From a virus (Duplodnaviria; Caudoviricetes): a stretch of DNA of 26,373 nucleotides. A model generated the notes under the pieces. It was not told the origin of the DNA, did not search any database, and saw only the letters and a list, made by a program, of their open reading frames with translations. Position numbers and translations under genes: made by a program. This document shows, piece by piece, positions 16,524 through 25,509 of this stretch (position 1 is its first letter; each line of letters begins with the position of its first letter). The stretch lies in IMG/VR virus record IMGVR_UViG_3300032253_000032, positions 1 to 26,373 of that record; one strand, written 5' to 3'.

Positions 16524-17135
16524 ATGACACACACTCTGATTATAAATCAAGTCAAAGCTCTAGAGTGGAACTTATCTCTTAAAGAGAGTGTTGTTATGTC
16601 AAAAATGGTTGATTTATCAACTTGGGCAACTGCGGTATATCATGAAAAAAAAGTTTATTATGTTTTGTATAGAAGTAAACTCTGGGAAGAGATACCTTTA
16701 CTAGGGAAAAATGAAAAATCAGCAGGTTTTGTTCTTCAATATTTAGAAGAAAAAGGGTTGATAGAATCTATAAATAAGTTTACAACACCAGCTTTTAGGA
16801 TAACAGATAAAGGTCGTGAGTGGACAAGTACAAAAGTAAGTACTGCTCTAATAGATAAAGAAAATAAAAAAACAAATGGCGGCGAAAATAAAAGGTTTAC
16901 ATTCCGTCTTGAAGAAGAGCTTGAATATGATGATTTGGAAGATAAATATAAAAGATTTTTAGAACACTGGTGCAAAGAGTACGCATTGAAGTACAAAGTT
17001 TCAGAAGATGAATTTGAGGGTTTTGTAAGTCAAAAAAAATCTATCGGTAAAGCTCATAAAGATTGGTCAGCTGGATTTGAGAGCTGGTGTTTTAATCTGA
17101 AAAAACTCAACAAAAAAAGAAGATTGGATAAATAA
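16524..17135 (+). CDS. Putative phage replication initiator
   Basis: N-terminal INQVKALEWNL...EEIPLL...LEEKGLI...RITDKGREW winged-helix region typical of phage replication proteins; C-terminal KDWSAGFESW; upstream of DnaB. Confidence 0.65.
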   Translation: MTHTLIINQVKALEWNLSLKESVVMSKMVDLSTWATAVYHEKKVYYVLYRSKLWEEIPLLGKNEKSAGFVLQYLEEKGLIESINKFTTPAFRITDKGREWTSTKVSTALIDKENKKTNGGENKRFTFRLEEELEYDDLEDKYKRFLEHWCKEYALKYKVSEDEFEGFVSQKKSIGKAHKDWSAGFESWCFNLKKLNKKRRLDK

Positions 17136-17572
17136 TGATTCGCTTACTCGAGGGGCTAGTTCTTCTAAAAGAGATAAATGAGCTAGATGGTTGTGCCTAC
17201 AGTTCAGCTCAACTCATGGATATGTATCCTAAGAGTATTGTTGTTTACCGACATATCAAATATATCTACCGTGATGTCCTCCCTGAGTATATTGCTGAGA
17301 GACTTACTGTGTTGGATGATTATATCCAGCTTGGTGAGTTAGTTGAACAAGTCTCCATAAACAGAAATATCATAAGAAAGAGAATAGCTTTTATGAAACA
17401 AACTGGGATACATCTTTTTGACTATGAGATGGTTTCTGGAATCTTTTTTATAAAGCTTGATGAAGAGTTTAAATATCTGTTTCAAAATTTTCAACCATTT
17501 TTGGCGACTTTACAAGATTTAAATTTAGAGCATTGCAAATTGCTCGGTGATTTGAAGATAGGATTTTATTGA
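17135..17572 (+). CDS. Hypothetical phage protein
   Basis: 145 aa, TAATG-coupled. Confidence 0.8.
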   Translation: MIRLLEGLVLLKEINELDGCAYSSAQLMDMYPKSIVVYRHIKYIYRDVLPEYIAERLTVLDDYIQLGELVEQVSINRNIIRKRIAFMKQTGIHLFDYEMVSGIFFIKLDEEFKYLFQNFQPFLATLQDLNLEHCKLLGDLKIGFY

Positions 17573-17760
17573 TGAGTAACAATGACTGGTTAAATCCAAA
17601 AAAATTTGAAGAAGAGTTTGGTATCTCTGAGAGTACTCAGGCGAGATACCGTTCAGATAAAAAAATACCTTATTCAAAGATGGGTAATTTTATTTATTAT
17701 TCTCGGGCAAAAATTTATGCTTGGTTCGAGCAACACAGTTTTGAGACACAAGGAGTTTAG
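17572..17760 (+). CDS. AlpA/Xis-like HTH DNA-binding protein
   Basis: WLNPKKFEEEFGISESTQARYR...IPYSKMGNFIYY; TGATG coupling gives an ATG at 17572. Confidence 0.8.
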   Translation: MSNNDWLNPKKFEEEFGISESTQARYRSDKKIPYSKMGNFIYYSRAKIYAWFEQHSFETQGV

Positions 17761-17761
17761 G

Positions 17762-19123
17762 ATGCAAAATTTAGACAATATAAGAAGTTTGGTACTTGGT
17801 TCGATTTTAACAGCGAATGAATTTGGAAATATTGATTTATCAATAGTAATGAATAGTGGTATAAATATTGATTGGTTTGAGAGTAATGAACATAGAGAAC
17901 TTTTTAAAGTAATTCATCTTTATTATGATGCTAATAAACCTTTTGATGATAATATAATCATGCGATATATTAGAAAAGTTCAAATTCCAAATGCTGAAGA
18001 ATTTATGCTTAATATTATGGCACAAAAGCAAGTACCTCAAAATATTCTCATGGAACATATTTCATATTTAAAAGAAAATTATCACAAGAAAATGCTACGT
18101 AAGCTAAATATAGATATATCAAAAATGTTAGATGATGAAAATATAACTAGCGATGCAATATCACAAATGGTGCAGAATCAACTTGATGGATATATAAGTC
18201 TCAATAATGATTCATCAACAAAAACACTAACTGAAATAAGGAGACTTAGAAAACTAAAGCCTCCAGCTGAAAGAACAGAGACTGAAATACCTTTTATAGA
18301 TACTGTTTTGACCGACAAACATGGGAAAAAGGGTTTTAGAAATGAGGGTTTAATCTATGTAAGTGGACTTAAAGAGAGTGGTAAGACCTTTATTGTTACA
18401 AAAATAATAGAGAATATATCTAAAAAACATCATGTTATGTTTGGTTCTTTAGAATTTGGAGCAGATTTGTATGATGAAAATGTAGAAGAACAACAAGAAG
18501 AATTTACATTTAATGGAAATACAGACAATATACATGTATTTGATGAAATATATGAAATAAATGCAATGTGTGCAGAGATACGACTGCAACATAAACTTTT
18601 CGGTATTGTATTAGCTGTAGTAGATAGTGCAATGAGAACAGTAAATAATAACCCTCTATTGAAAACAGATGAAAGAAGAATATCTGAAAAATTTGTAAAG
18701 CTTGGGATGCTTAGTAAAGAATTAAGAATACCTATCGCTATTATTGTTCAAAGTTCTAAAGAGGATTTGAAATCATCTATGGTAAGTGTTAAGGGTTCAA
18801 TGGATGCAGACCATGAGGGTTATGTGTGGTTCCATCTTACAAAAGTTAAAACTAAATCTAATATTGAAAGTGAACTTAGACATGTAATGTGGGTTAAAAA
18901 TAAAGATACAAAAAAGCACCCAGTGCAGCACTTAATGTTCGTACCTGAGACAAGCGACTTTTACAGAGTTGAGTTAGACGAGAATGGTTATGCAGGAAAG
19001 GCACTTGATAAGTTTAGACGACCACCACCAAAAGTGATAGAGACTGTTTATGAAGATATTCCAACAGAAAAAAGTAAAAGCAAATTAAGCGAAGCAGAGA
19101 TGGCAGAGATGCCTACACTTTAA
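17762..19123 (+). CDS. dnaB: Divergent DnaB-like replicative helicase (453 aa)
   Basis: DnaB N-domain (VLGSIL...FESNEHRELF), Walker A GLKESGKT, SLE, VVDS, LSKELRIPIAIIVQ, KNK; start after a GGAG RBS at 17762. Confidence 0.85.
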   Translation: MQNLDNIRSLVLGSILTANEFGNIDLSIVMNSGINIDWFESNEHRELFKVIHLYYDANKPFDDNIIMRYIRKVQIPNAEEFMLNIMAQKQVPQNILMEHISYLKENYHKKMLRKLNIDISKMLDDENITSDAISQMVQNQLDGYISLNNDSSTKTLTEIRRLRKLKPPAERTETEIPFIDTVLTDKHGKKGFRNEGLIYVSGLKESGKTFIVTKIIENISKKHHVMFGSLEFGADLYDENVEEQQEEFTFNGNTDNIHVFDEIYEINAMCAEIRLQHKLFGIVLAVVDSAMRTVNNNPLLKTDERRISEKFVKLGMLSKELRIPIAIIVQSSKEDLKSSMVSVKGSMDADHEGYVWFHLTKVKTKSNIESELRHVMWVKNKDTKKHPVQHLMFVPETSDFYRVELDENGYAGKALDKFRRPPPKVIETVYEDIPTEKSKSKLSEAEMAEMPTL

Positions 19124-19142
19124 ATAAAAGGAGAAAAATAAA

Positions 19143-19715
19143 ATGGCAAAAATGGGTAGAGTTTATAAGAGTAGTTATACAGACAAAGAAAAAGTTGTAG
19201 TGAATACTATTATGATGGATTTCAGAACTATCAGTGCTAAACACACTTTTAGTATTAGCGTAAATAAGATGAAGTATCCAGATGGTGTTGTGAACAAAAA
19301 CATAACAGCTGGTAAAGAGGAACATCCTGATTATCATATCTGGGCTAACTTGGCGAAGCGTGGAGAGAGCGGTTGGAGTGAGATTGTCGGAAATCTTCGT
19401 AATGCTGTAAGTGAACAAGGATTGGCTTATAAGCGTGGTTCACTGTTTGACCCGTTTATATCTAAAGAAAATATTTACCTTACTCTTTTTAGTGTAGATG
19501 ATGAAAAGAAAGTAGATGAAAATCATATTTATAATGTTGTAGCACAGCCTTATAGAAATATGGGAAGTGAGCCAAGTAACAACCATAGTCAATCTGCACA
19601 GCCTAACTATGAACCAAACTCTACTTATGCAAAAGCAGACGGTTCTAGTGTTCCTGTTTATGAAGAGAATCTTCCTGACCCTATTGATGTTGATGAAGAT
19701 GAGATACCTTTTTAG
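19143..19715 (+). CDS. DUF736-like protein with SSB-type acidic tail, putative single-stranded DNA-binding protein
   Basis: HPDYHIW...EIVG motif; disordered linker; C-terminus DVDEDEIPF; AGGAG RBS. Confidence 0.65.
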   Translation: MAKMGRVYKSSYTDKEKVVVNTIMMDFRTISAKHTFSISVNKMKYPDGVVNKNITAGKEEHPDYHIWANLAKRGESGWSEIVGNLRNAVSEQGLAYKRGSLFDPFISKENIYLTLFSVDDEKKVDENHIYNVVAQPYRNMGSEPSNNHSQSAQPNYEPNSTYAKADGSSVPVYEENLPDPIDVDEDEIPF

Positions 19716-19718
19716 GAC

Positions 19719-21287
19719 ATGAAAAAAGATATTGAAGATATACTTGCCAAGAAAAAAGCGGAGCCTATCCGTTTGGCTTTGGCTCGAAAAGATTTACTTC
19801 ATTACTCTAGATATATGTTTAGTGATTATCATGAAGTAGATTTTATGGAAGCTTGGTACCATGAACTTATCTGTTTAGCTTTAATGAAAGTTTTAAGTGG
19901 AGAGATAAAAAACTTACTTATAACAATTCCTCCATCGTATGGTAAAACTGAATTTGCAGTTAAACTATTTATATCTTATGCACTTGGTAATTTCCCTTGG
20001 TTTAGAGCTATATATGCTACTTACTCAGATGATTTAGCAACAGAAACCCCTTCAGATGTAAAAAGTATGATAACAAGCGAAGCATATACAAAAGTTTTTG
20101 GAGAAAAAAAACTTCTTAAAACTGCCGATAAAAAATGGTATATATCGAAAAATGGGAAAAAAGATGGTGGTATGTATTCAACTACTATAGAGGGTGGTAT
20201 CACTGGTTTTCACGGTGATGTTCTTATTATTGATGATGCCATGAAAGCTATATTGAAAAATAATAAAGCAGCTCGAGATACTACTAAAGAGTTTTACACT
20301 GGTAGTGCAAGTACAAGACTTAGAAAAGCAAGCCCTATAAAAGCTATTATATGCATAATGCAGAGACTACATAAAGATGATTTACCCGGGTATTTAATTG
20401 AAGAAGAAGCTGGCTTATGGACACATATTAATCTTACAGGAACAGAACCAAAACCACAAATTTATAAATTTTTTGAATTTTATTATGAAAGACCTGCACA
20501 TGAGCCATTAAATACAGCTATGGAAGATGCAGAAGCTTTACAAAAACAAAAAGAAACTATGAAAGAGAACTGGTACTCTCAGTATATGCAAGACCCTAAA
20601 ACTATAGAAACTGGATATATCACAGATGATGAATTTACATCTGTCGCTTCTTGGGAATTAGCAGAAGATAATAAGTGCATAAGTATTGACCCTGCACAAA
20701 GCATAAAAGAAACAGCAGACAATAGAGCCATTAGTTTAATAGGTGTAAGTGAAAATAAAGAGAAAATAGAATTATTTAATATTTATGGAACTTGGTTTGG
20801 TAAATGGACTAATGATGTATTTGTAGAACATATTATTACTGTTATGATTGATAACCCTAGGGTTCCTGTATTTATGGAAAGTAGTGGTGGTGGCATCTTG
20901 ACTGAGCAAAATTTAGTTAAAGCTCTAAAGATAGTTAATGCAGAAAGAAAGAAAGAGGGTAAACCAATAGTTACAAACAAGGTGACATTATTCAATCCAA
21001 AAACTTCTATATCTAAAAATCAAAAAATAGAAGATAGTGTTGATACCTATCTCAAAAAACATCAAATAAGATTTGTAATAGGTGGAACTGGGCAAGAGCA
21101 AGTAAAAAAAGAGTACAAAGGTTTTCACCCCGAGAAAGATTCTGCTGAAGATGACTGTATAGAGACAATAGCTAATGTGGTAGTAAACGACTTTATTACG
21201 GCAAAAACTCCAAAGAAAAATACAACTGTAACCATGGGTATCAGAGAGATGGCTCAAAATAACAAAAGAACTGGATGGAGAATCTAA
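19719..21287 (+). CDS. terL: Terminase large subunit
   Basis: Walker A IPPSYGKT, GFHGDVLIIDD, IMQRLHKDD, QYMQDP, nuclease SIDPA...EDD. Confidence 0.92.
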   Translation: MKKDIEDILAKKKAEPIRLALARKDLLHYSRYMFSDYHEVDFMEAWYHELICLALMKVLSGEIKNLLITIPPSYGKTEFAVKLFISYALGNFPWFRAIYATYSDDLATETPSDVKSMITSEAYTKVFGEKKLLKTADKKWYISKNGKKDGGMYSTTIEGGITGFHGDVLIIDDAMKAILKNNKAARDTTKEFYTGSASTRLRKASPIKAIICIMQRLHKDDLPGYLIEEEAGLWTHINLTGTEPKPQIYKFFEFYYERPAHEPLNTAMEDAEALQKQKETMKENWYSQYMQDPKTIETGYITDDEFTSVASWELAEDNKCISIDPAQSIKETADNRAISLIGVSENKEKIELFNIYGTWFGKWTNDVFVEHIITVMIDNPRVPVFMESSGGGILTEQNLVKALKIVNAERKKEGKPIVTNKVTLFNPKTSISKNQKIEDSVDTYLKKHQIRFVIGGTGQEQVKKEYKGFHPEKDSAEDDCIETIANVVVNDFITAKTPKKNTTVTMGIREMAQNNKRTGWRI

Positions 21288-21309
21288 AACTAGCACATAG
21301 AGGTATGAC

Positions 21310-21334
21310 TTAAGCAAAATTAAATTGATAAAAT
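21310..21334 (+). promoter_or_regulatory. Putative promoter for the structural/tail-fibre genes
   Basis: TTAAG...TGATAAAAT (extended -10). Confidence 0.45.
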
Positions 21335-21358
21335 CGTTTTCATAATTAAAGGTGCATT

Positions 21359-21877
21359 ATGAGAACAGTGACGTTAGATATTTCAAAGCTTGGTTTAGTT
21401 GTTGGTGATGCTATTAAAGTACAGCTTGTAAATAGCATCGGTAAACTTCTTCTTAGCAGTAGTGGGTATATGCTTGATAGCACAACTATTACTACAGCCA
21501 ATATATTTGAGATATCACTTTTAGAGAATGAATACATAGACTCTATCTCAAACTATAAAATAATCCTCCCAAGTACTATAAGCTTTACTTTTAAAGTTCC
21601 TGTATCACAAGAAAACAACCCTCACGACTTACTATCTCTTATGAGAATAGGAAATACAAAAGATATTATAAATGAAGATACAAAAAGTTTAGATAGTGAA
21701 TTTGTAAAAAAACTTGACCTTTATTTCTCGGGGGAAAATCCACACTTTAACAAAACCCAAAAAAATGTCGTTGAACTCTATAGCTACTATGCTGATAATG
21801 TTTTAAAAACTACATCTACTATAGATGTTATGCAGTTAATGGATGAATATTTATTTGCACTTGTAGGAGAAATATAA
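21359..21877 (+). CDS. Hypothetical protein (probably virion-associated)
   Basis: 172 aa, AAGGTG RBS, TAATG-coupled to the fibre gene. Confidence 0.8.
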   Translation: MRTVTLDISKLGLVVGDAIKVQLVNSIGKLLLSSSGYMLDSTTITTANIFEISLLENEYIDSISNYKIILPSTISFTFKVPVSQENNPHDLLSLMRIGNTKDIINEDTKSLDSEFVKKLDLYFSGENPHFNKTQKNVVELYSYYADNVLKTTSTIDVMQLMDEYLFALVGEI

Positions 21878-24204
21878 TGGCTGGAAGTTTTATAGGAGCG
21901 GTAAAAAATGTTGCAAAAAAGTTAGATATCATTGAAAGTGCAAATACCACCTTTGATCCAGGGGTTATTCCTGTATTAGAAGAGATAGCATTACTTGATC
22001 TAGATTTAGCAATAGCAGATTTAAAAAAAGGTACATTTTTTGGTAATAGAAAAATAGATATAGACCTTGCTTTAAACAATAAAGTTATTTATGACTATAT
22101 ACAAAGTCAGACACTTCTTGGTGCTAAACCAGATGCCAATGTTATGTTAGATATGTGGACTACTGTAAATACTGCTATATACTACAAGGGTGCAACTATT
22201 CTCTATGTAGATGGAAACATAGTTGAGATTGTTTTTAAAGACCAAACTCTTACAAATGCTGAGTCAGTAGCCTCTTCTTCTGAGGTAATCTCTCATATAG
22301 AGCAGGATTTAGCATACATAGCATACACCACAGAAACATCAATGATACAAGATAATGACGGTATAGTCGGTCAAATAATAAGAGCCTATGATATTGTGGG
22401 CACTACCTCAAACTTAGAAAGAATCACGCTTCATGTAGATGAAGCACAGGGTGGAGTATCTATTGATATTAGCCCTACTTTCTATTGGGGAAAGACAACT
22501 TCCGCATTTGAAACACTCTCTATGAGAACAGCCGACATCATCAAGCTTGGAAATGACATAGACTCCATTATCACACTTGCAAACAGAATTACAGAGATGC
22601 TGGACTTACAAAGCCACATCCCTGAGTTTGTGACAAATTTGGACTCTTTATATGCAAATATTGCAAAGTTGCAAGCTATCTATACAAACATAACAGGGAT
22701 AACAACAGTCTATAATGATATAAAAGTTGGCGGTACGAACTACATAAATAGTGCAGCAACTGACCTTCAGCTAGGTGCAAGCTCTAAGATATTAACTATC
22801 AGTGCAGACCTGCAGCTGGGTTTATTGAGCAAAATAAAAGTTGTGAACGACTCTATAATAGGGGTTAATACTGTATCTGCAAGTATAGCAAATGTGAACA
22901 CCACTGCTATAAATATAGCAAACGTGAACACCACTGCAGCATCTATAGCAAATGTAAATCTTGTAGGTGGTTCAATATTAAATGTGAATACGACTGCAGG
23001 CGCAATAGCAAATGTGAACATAACAGCAACAAATATAGCCGATGTGAACACAACAGCCCTCAACATTACAAATGTGAATGCTGTAGGGGTAAATATCTTA
23101 AATGTTTTAGCTGTTAACACCAATGCTGGAAATATAAATGCCGTAAACGCAAACAAGATAAATATAGACCTCAATGCAACAAACATAGTGGCTATCCAAA
23201 ACGCAAGCACAAATGCTGCAACTGCAACAACTCAAGCTGGTATCTCAACTGCTCAAGCTGTGATAGCAACAGCTCAGGCTGGCATAGCTACCACAAAGGC
23301 AAATGAGATTAAAGCGATTACTGCTGGCACTACAACTACAGGTGCAGCTGGAACAAATGCTCTTGTAACTTTTGACTCAGTAACAAGCAAGTTCTACTTT
23401 GTAGTTCCACAGGGAATAAAAGGTGACAGAGGTGATGCTTTCCAAGTAAACTCTGTTGGGCTTTTAGCAGATAAGAGTTTATATGATTCTCAAGTTAAAG
23501 GTTTTAGTTTTTTAGCAATAGATACAGCAGGGATTTATTTCAAGCTCTCAAATACCGTAGCTGACTGGTCGGTAGCAGCTCCTTTTGGTAAAGGAGATGT
23601 TGGTGCTACTGGTGCAACAGGTGTAGGAGTTGTATCGACTATCAGGACAAGCGGAACAGGACTAGCAGGTTCACTTGACACATATACTATCACATACACG
23701 GATGCCTCCACGGATACTCTTACTGTTCAAAACGGTCTTAATGGTGTACTCATTAATGATGCAACTATGACACTTATAAGTACATGGTCTAGTAGCAAGA
23801 TAGTATCAGCACTTTCTTTTAAAGAAGATATTACTGCTAATGATATAAAACTAGCTTCTAAATCAAACATAGCAGACATACAAGACATCTTAACTTCCAT
23901 AGATGCAACAAAGCCCTTAAGTGCAAGACAGGGTTCTGTACTCAAAGGGATGATTGACAATCTCATTACGCTTGTCGGGAGCAATGATGTGAATCTCGAC
24001 ACGCTCCAAGAGATAGTAACTTTCATAAAGCTTAATAAAACAACACTAGATGCTTTGGCAGTTGCAAACATAATCGGGCTGAGTGATGCTTTGCTTTTAA
24101 AGGCTGACAAGCTTACTACTTATACAAAAACTGAGGTGGATACGATAATTGCAGGTATCCAAACAAAACCATCTACAGCCCAAGTTATGGCTTATATAAA
24201 CTAA
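21877..24204 (+). CDS. Tail-fibre-like protein with 10-aa repeats and collagen-like segments
   Basis: IANVNTTA decamer repeats, Ala/Thr-rich coil, VPQGIKGDRGD and GDVGATGATG, TWSSSKI, LSARQGSVLK and LDTLQEI fibre motifs. Confidence 0.8.
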   Translation: MAGSFIGAVKNVAKKLDIIESANTTFDPGVIPVLEEIALLDLDLAIADLKKGTFFGNRKIDIDLALNNKVIYDYIQSQTLLGAKPDANVMLDMWTTVNTAIYYKGATILYVDGNIVEIVFKDQTLTNAESVASSSEVISHIEQDLAYIAYTTETSMIQDNDGIVGQIIRAYDIVGTTSNLERITLHVDEAQGGVSIDISPTFYWGKTTSAFETLSMRTADIIKLGNDIDSIITLANRITEMLDLQSHIPEFVTNLDSLYANIAKLQAIYTNITGITTVYNDIKVGGTNYINSAATDLQLGASSKILTISADLQLGLLSKIKVVNDSIIGVNTVSASIANVNTTAINIANVNTTAASIANVNLVGGSILNVNTTAGAIANVNITATNIADVNTTALNITNVNAVGVNILNVLAVNTNAGNINAVNANKINIDLNATNIVAIQNASTNAATATTQAGISTAQAVIATAQAGIATTKANEIKAITAGTTTTGAAGTNALVTFDSVTSKFYFVVPQGIKGDRGDAFQVNSVGLLADKSLYDSQVKGFSFLAIDTAGIYFKLSNTVADWSVAAPFGKGDVGATGATGVGVVSTIRTSGTGLAGSLDTYTITYTDASTDTLTVQNGLNGVLINDATMTLISTWSSSKIVSALSFKEDITANDIKLASKSNIADIQDILTSIDATKPLSARQGSVLKGMIDNLITLVGSNDVNLDTLQEIVTFIKLNKTTLDALAVANIIGLSDALLLKADKLTTYTKTEVDTIIAGIQTKPSTAQVMAYIN
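22858..23190 (+). repeat. Degenerate 30-bp coding tandem repeat (about 11 units)
   Basis: Period-10 I(A)NVNxxAxx protein repeat; DNA units such as ATAGCAAATGTGAACACCACTGC. Confidence 0.8.
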
Positions 24205-24218
24205 ATTAAGGAGATTTT

Positions 24219-25508
24219 ATGGCAACAGAAACATTAAGTGTATTTAAAAACATAGCAAACCAAATAGGTTCAACAACAGCAATCACTACTGCTAATGTTG
24301 TAACAAACACAGCAACAGAACAAGCGGTAATAATAGACATAGAAGTGTCAGCTACAGATGCAGTATATGGTAATACAATAACAGTAACACAAGACGGTAT
24401 CCCTTTAAAGAAAGATGGGGTAGTAATTAGCAGTAACACATCTACAGCTGGTCAAATAACTAGTTTAAATCTATCAGGCAAGCAGTTGGTTGATAAAAGT
24501 TCTGTATTTGACATAGTGCTAACTAGCTCGGCAGATATGTATTACGCTGGTAAAACTGACGGTATGATATTTGATGTTACAAATGGTATTTTTAAAGTTG
24601 TAGATGGAAATATAGATAGCAGACTTTCTACAACTGCTTACAGCGAGACTGTACTAAAAGCTGGAATACTTTCCACAAATTTATCTTTGGTCGCAACACC
24701 GGCTAGTAGTGCTTTTGGTTGGATGAGTGGCATAAATAAAAGATTTAGTAGATGTATGGCAAGCACTGTATATACCCATAATGATACAGGAACATTAATA
24801 CAGACTGCTGCAGTTTTTAGTTACTTAACTGTACATGGAGCATGTACAGACGGCACTTACTTTTATGGAAAAGCAGATGCATCTAATGCAATATTAGAAA
24901 GAAGATTAGTTTCTACTGGATTGGCAGCTACAAGTATTACTCTTAGTATAGCTATTCCTGGTCAAACTGGCAATCAAGGTGGATATACCTTTTATTACAA
25001 TGGTTTTATATATATAAAATCTATTGCAACAGCAACTGCTGTATATAAAATAAATGCAACAACGGGTCTAGTTTCTACTATTGCTGTAGCTACTGGTAGT
25101 TCTTACAGCGCTGGTGCATGTATAACTGTAGCAGCTGATGGTGTTCCTTATATTGTTGAATACGCTACAGTAGGCGCAAGAGTGCTTAATTTGAATACAG
25201 AGCAAGAGACTGTATTTGGCAGTGATGTGTTAGTTCTAAGCACAGAATATGGTAACTATGCAATTGAATATGGTGTTGGTGTTTGTGCTTTTGTATACAA
25301 CGCTACAATGACTTTTATAGATGTAAACAACATGACACAAAGTGCTAGTGCTACTACAGCTTCGGCTAACCTGCCAGCTGCACTTAATTCCAATGGTATT
25401 GCTTCATCCATGTGTGGGATACCTCTGCACGAGCAAACAACAACGGTTGTACCTAGAGCAATAACCTATGATGTATTTGCATCTGGCGTTAAAATAACAG
25501 GAGTATAA
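24219..25508 (+). CDS. Putative virion receptor-binding/tail protein, beta-rich
   Basis: 429 aa, T/A/G/S/Y-rich, propeller-like strands (TDGTYFY, YNGFIY, VYKINATTG); follows the fibre gene; AGGAG RBS. Confidence 0.65.
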   Translation: MATETLSVFKNIANQIGSTTAITTANVVTNTATEQAVIIDIEVSATDAVYGNTITVTQDGIPLKKDGVVISSNTSTAGQITSLNLSGKQLVDKSSVFDIVLTSSADMYYAGKTDGMIFDVTNGIFKVVDGNIDSRLSTTAYSETVLKAGILSTNLSLVATPASSAFGWMSGINKRFSRCMASTVYTHNDTGTLIQTAAVFSYLTVHGACTDGTYFYGKADASNAILERRLVSTGLAATSITLSIAIPGQTGNQGGYTFYYNGFIYIKSIATATAVYKINATTGLVSTIAVATGSSYSAGACITVAADGVPYIVEYATVGARVLNLNTEQETVFGSDVLVLSTEYGNYAIEYGVGVCAFVYNATMTFIDVNNMTQSASATTASANLPAALNSNGIASSMCGIPLHEQTTTVVPRAITYDVFASGVKITGV

Positions 25509-25509
25509 G

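Larger units (their letters stand above)
14704..16886. repeat. Four exact copies of the 14-mer CAAATGGCGGCGAA, each preceded by an A-tract
   Basis: 14704-14717 (minus), 15361-15374, 16505-16518, 16873-16886 (plus). Confidence 0.9.

Noticed and set aside
20381-20396. TTTACCCGGGTATT in terL as a further parS-like site
   Set aside because: Different spacing and arms from the five-site consensus; plausibly a chance match
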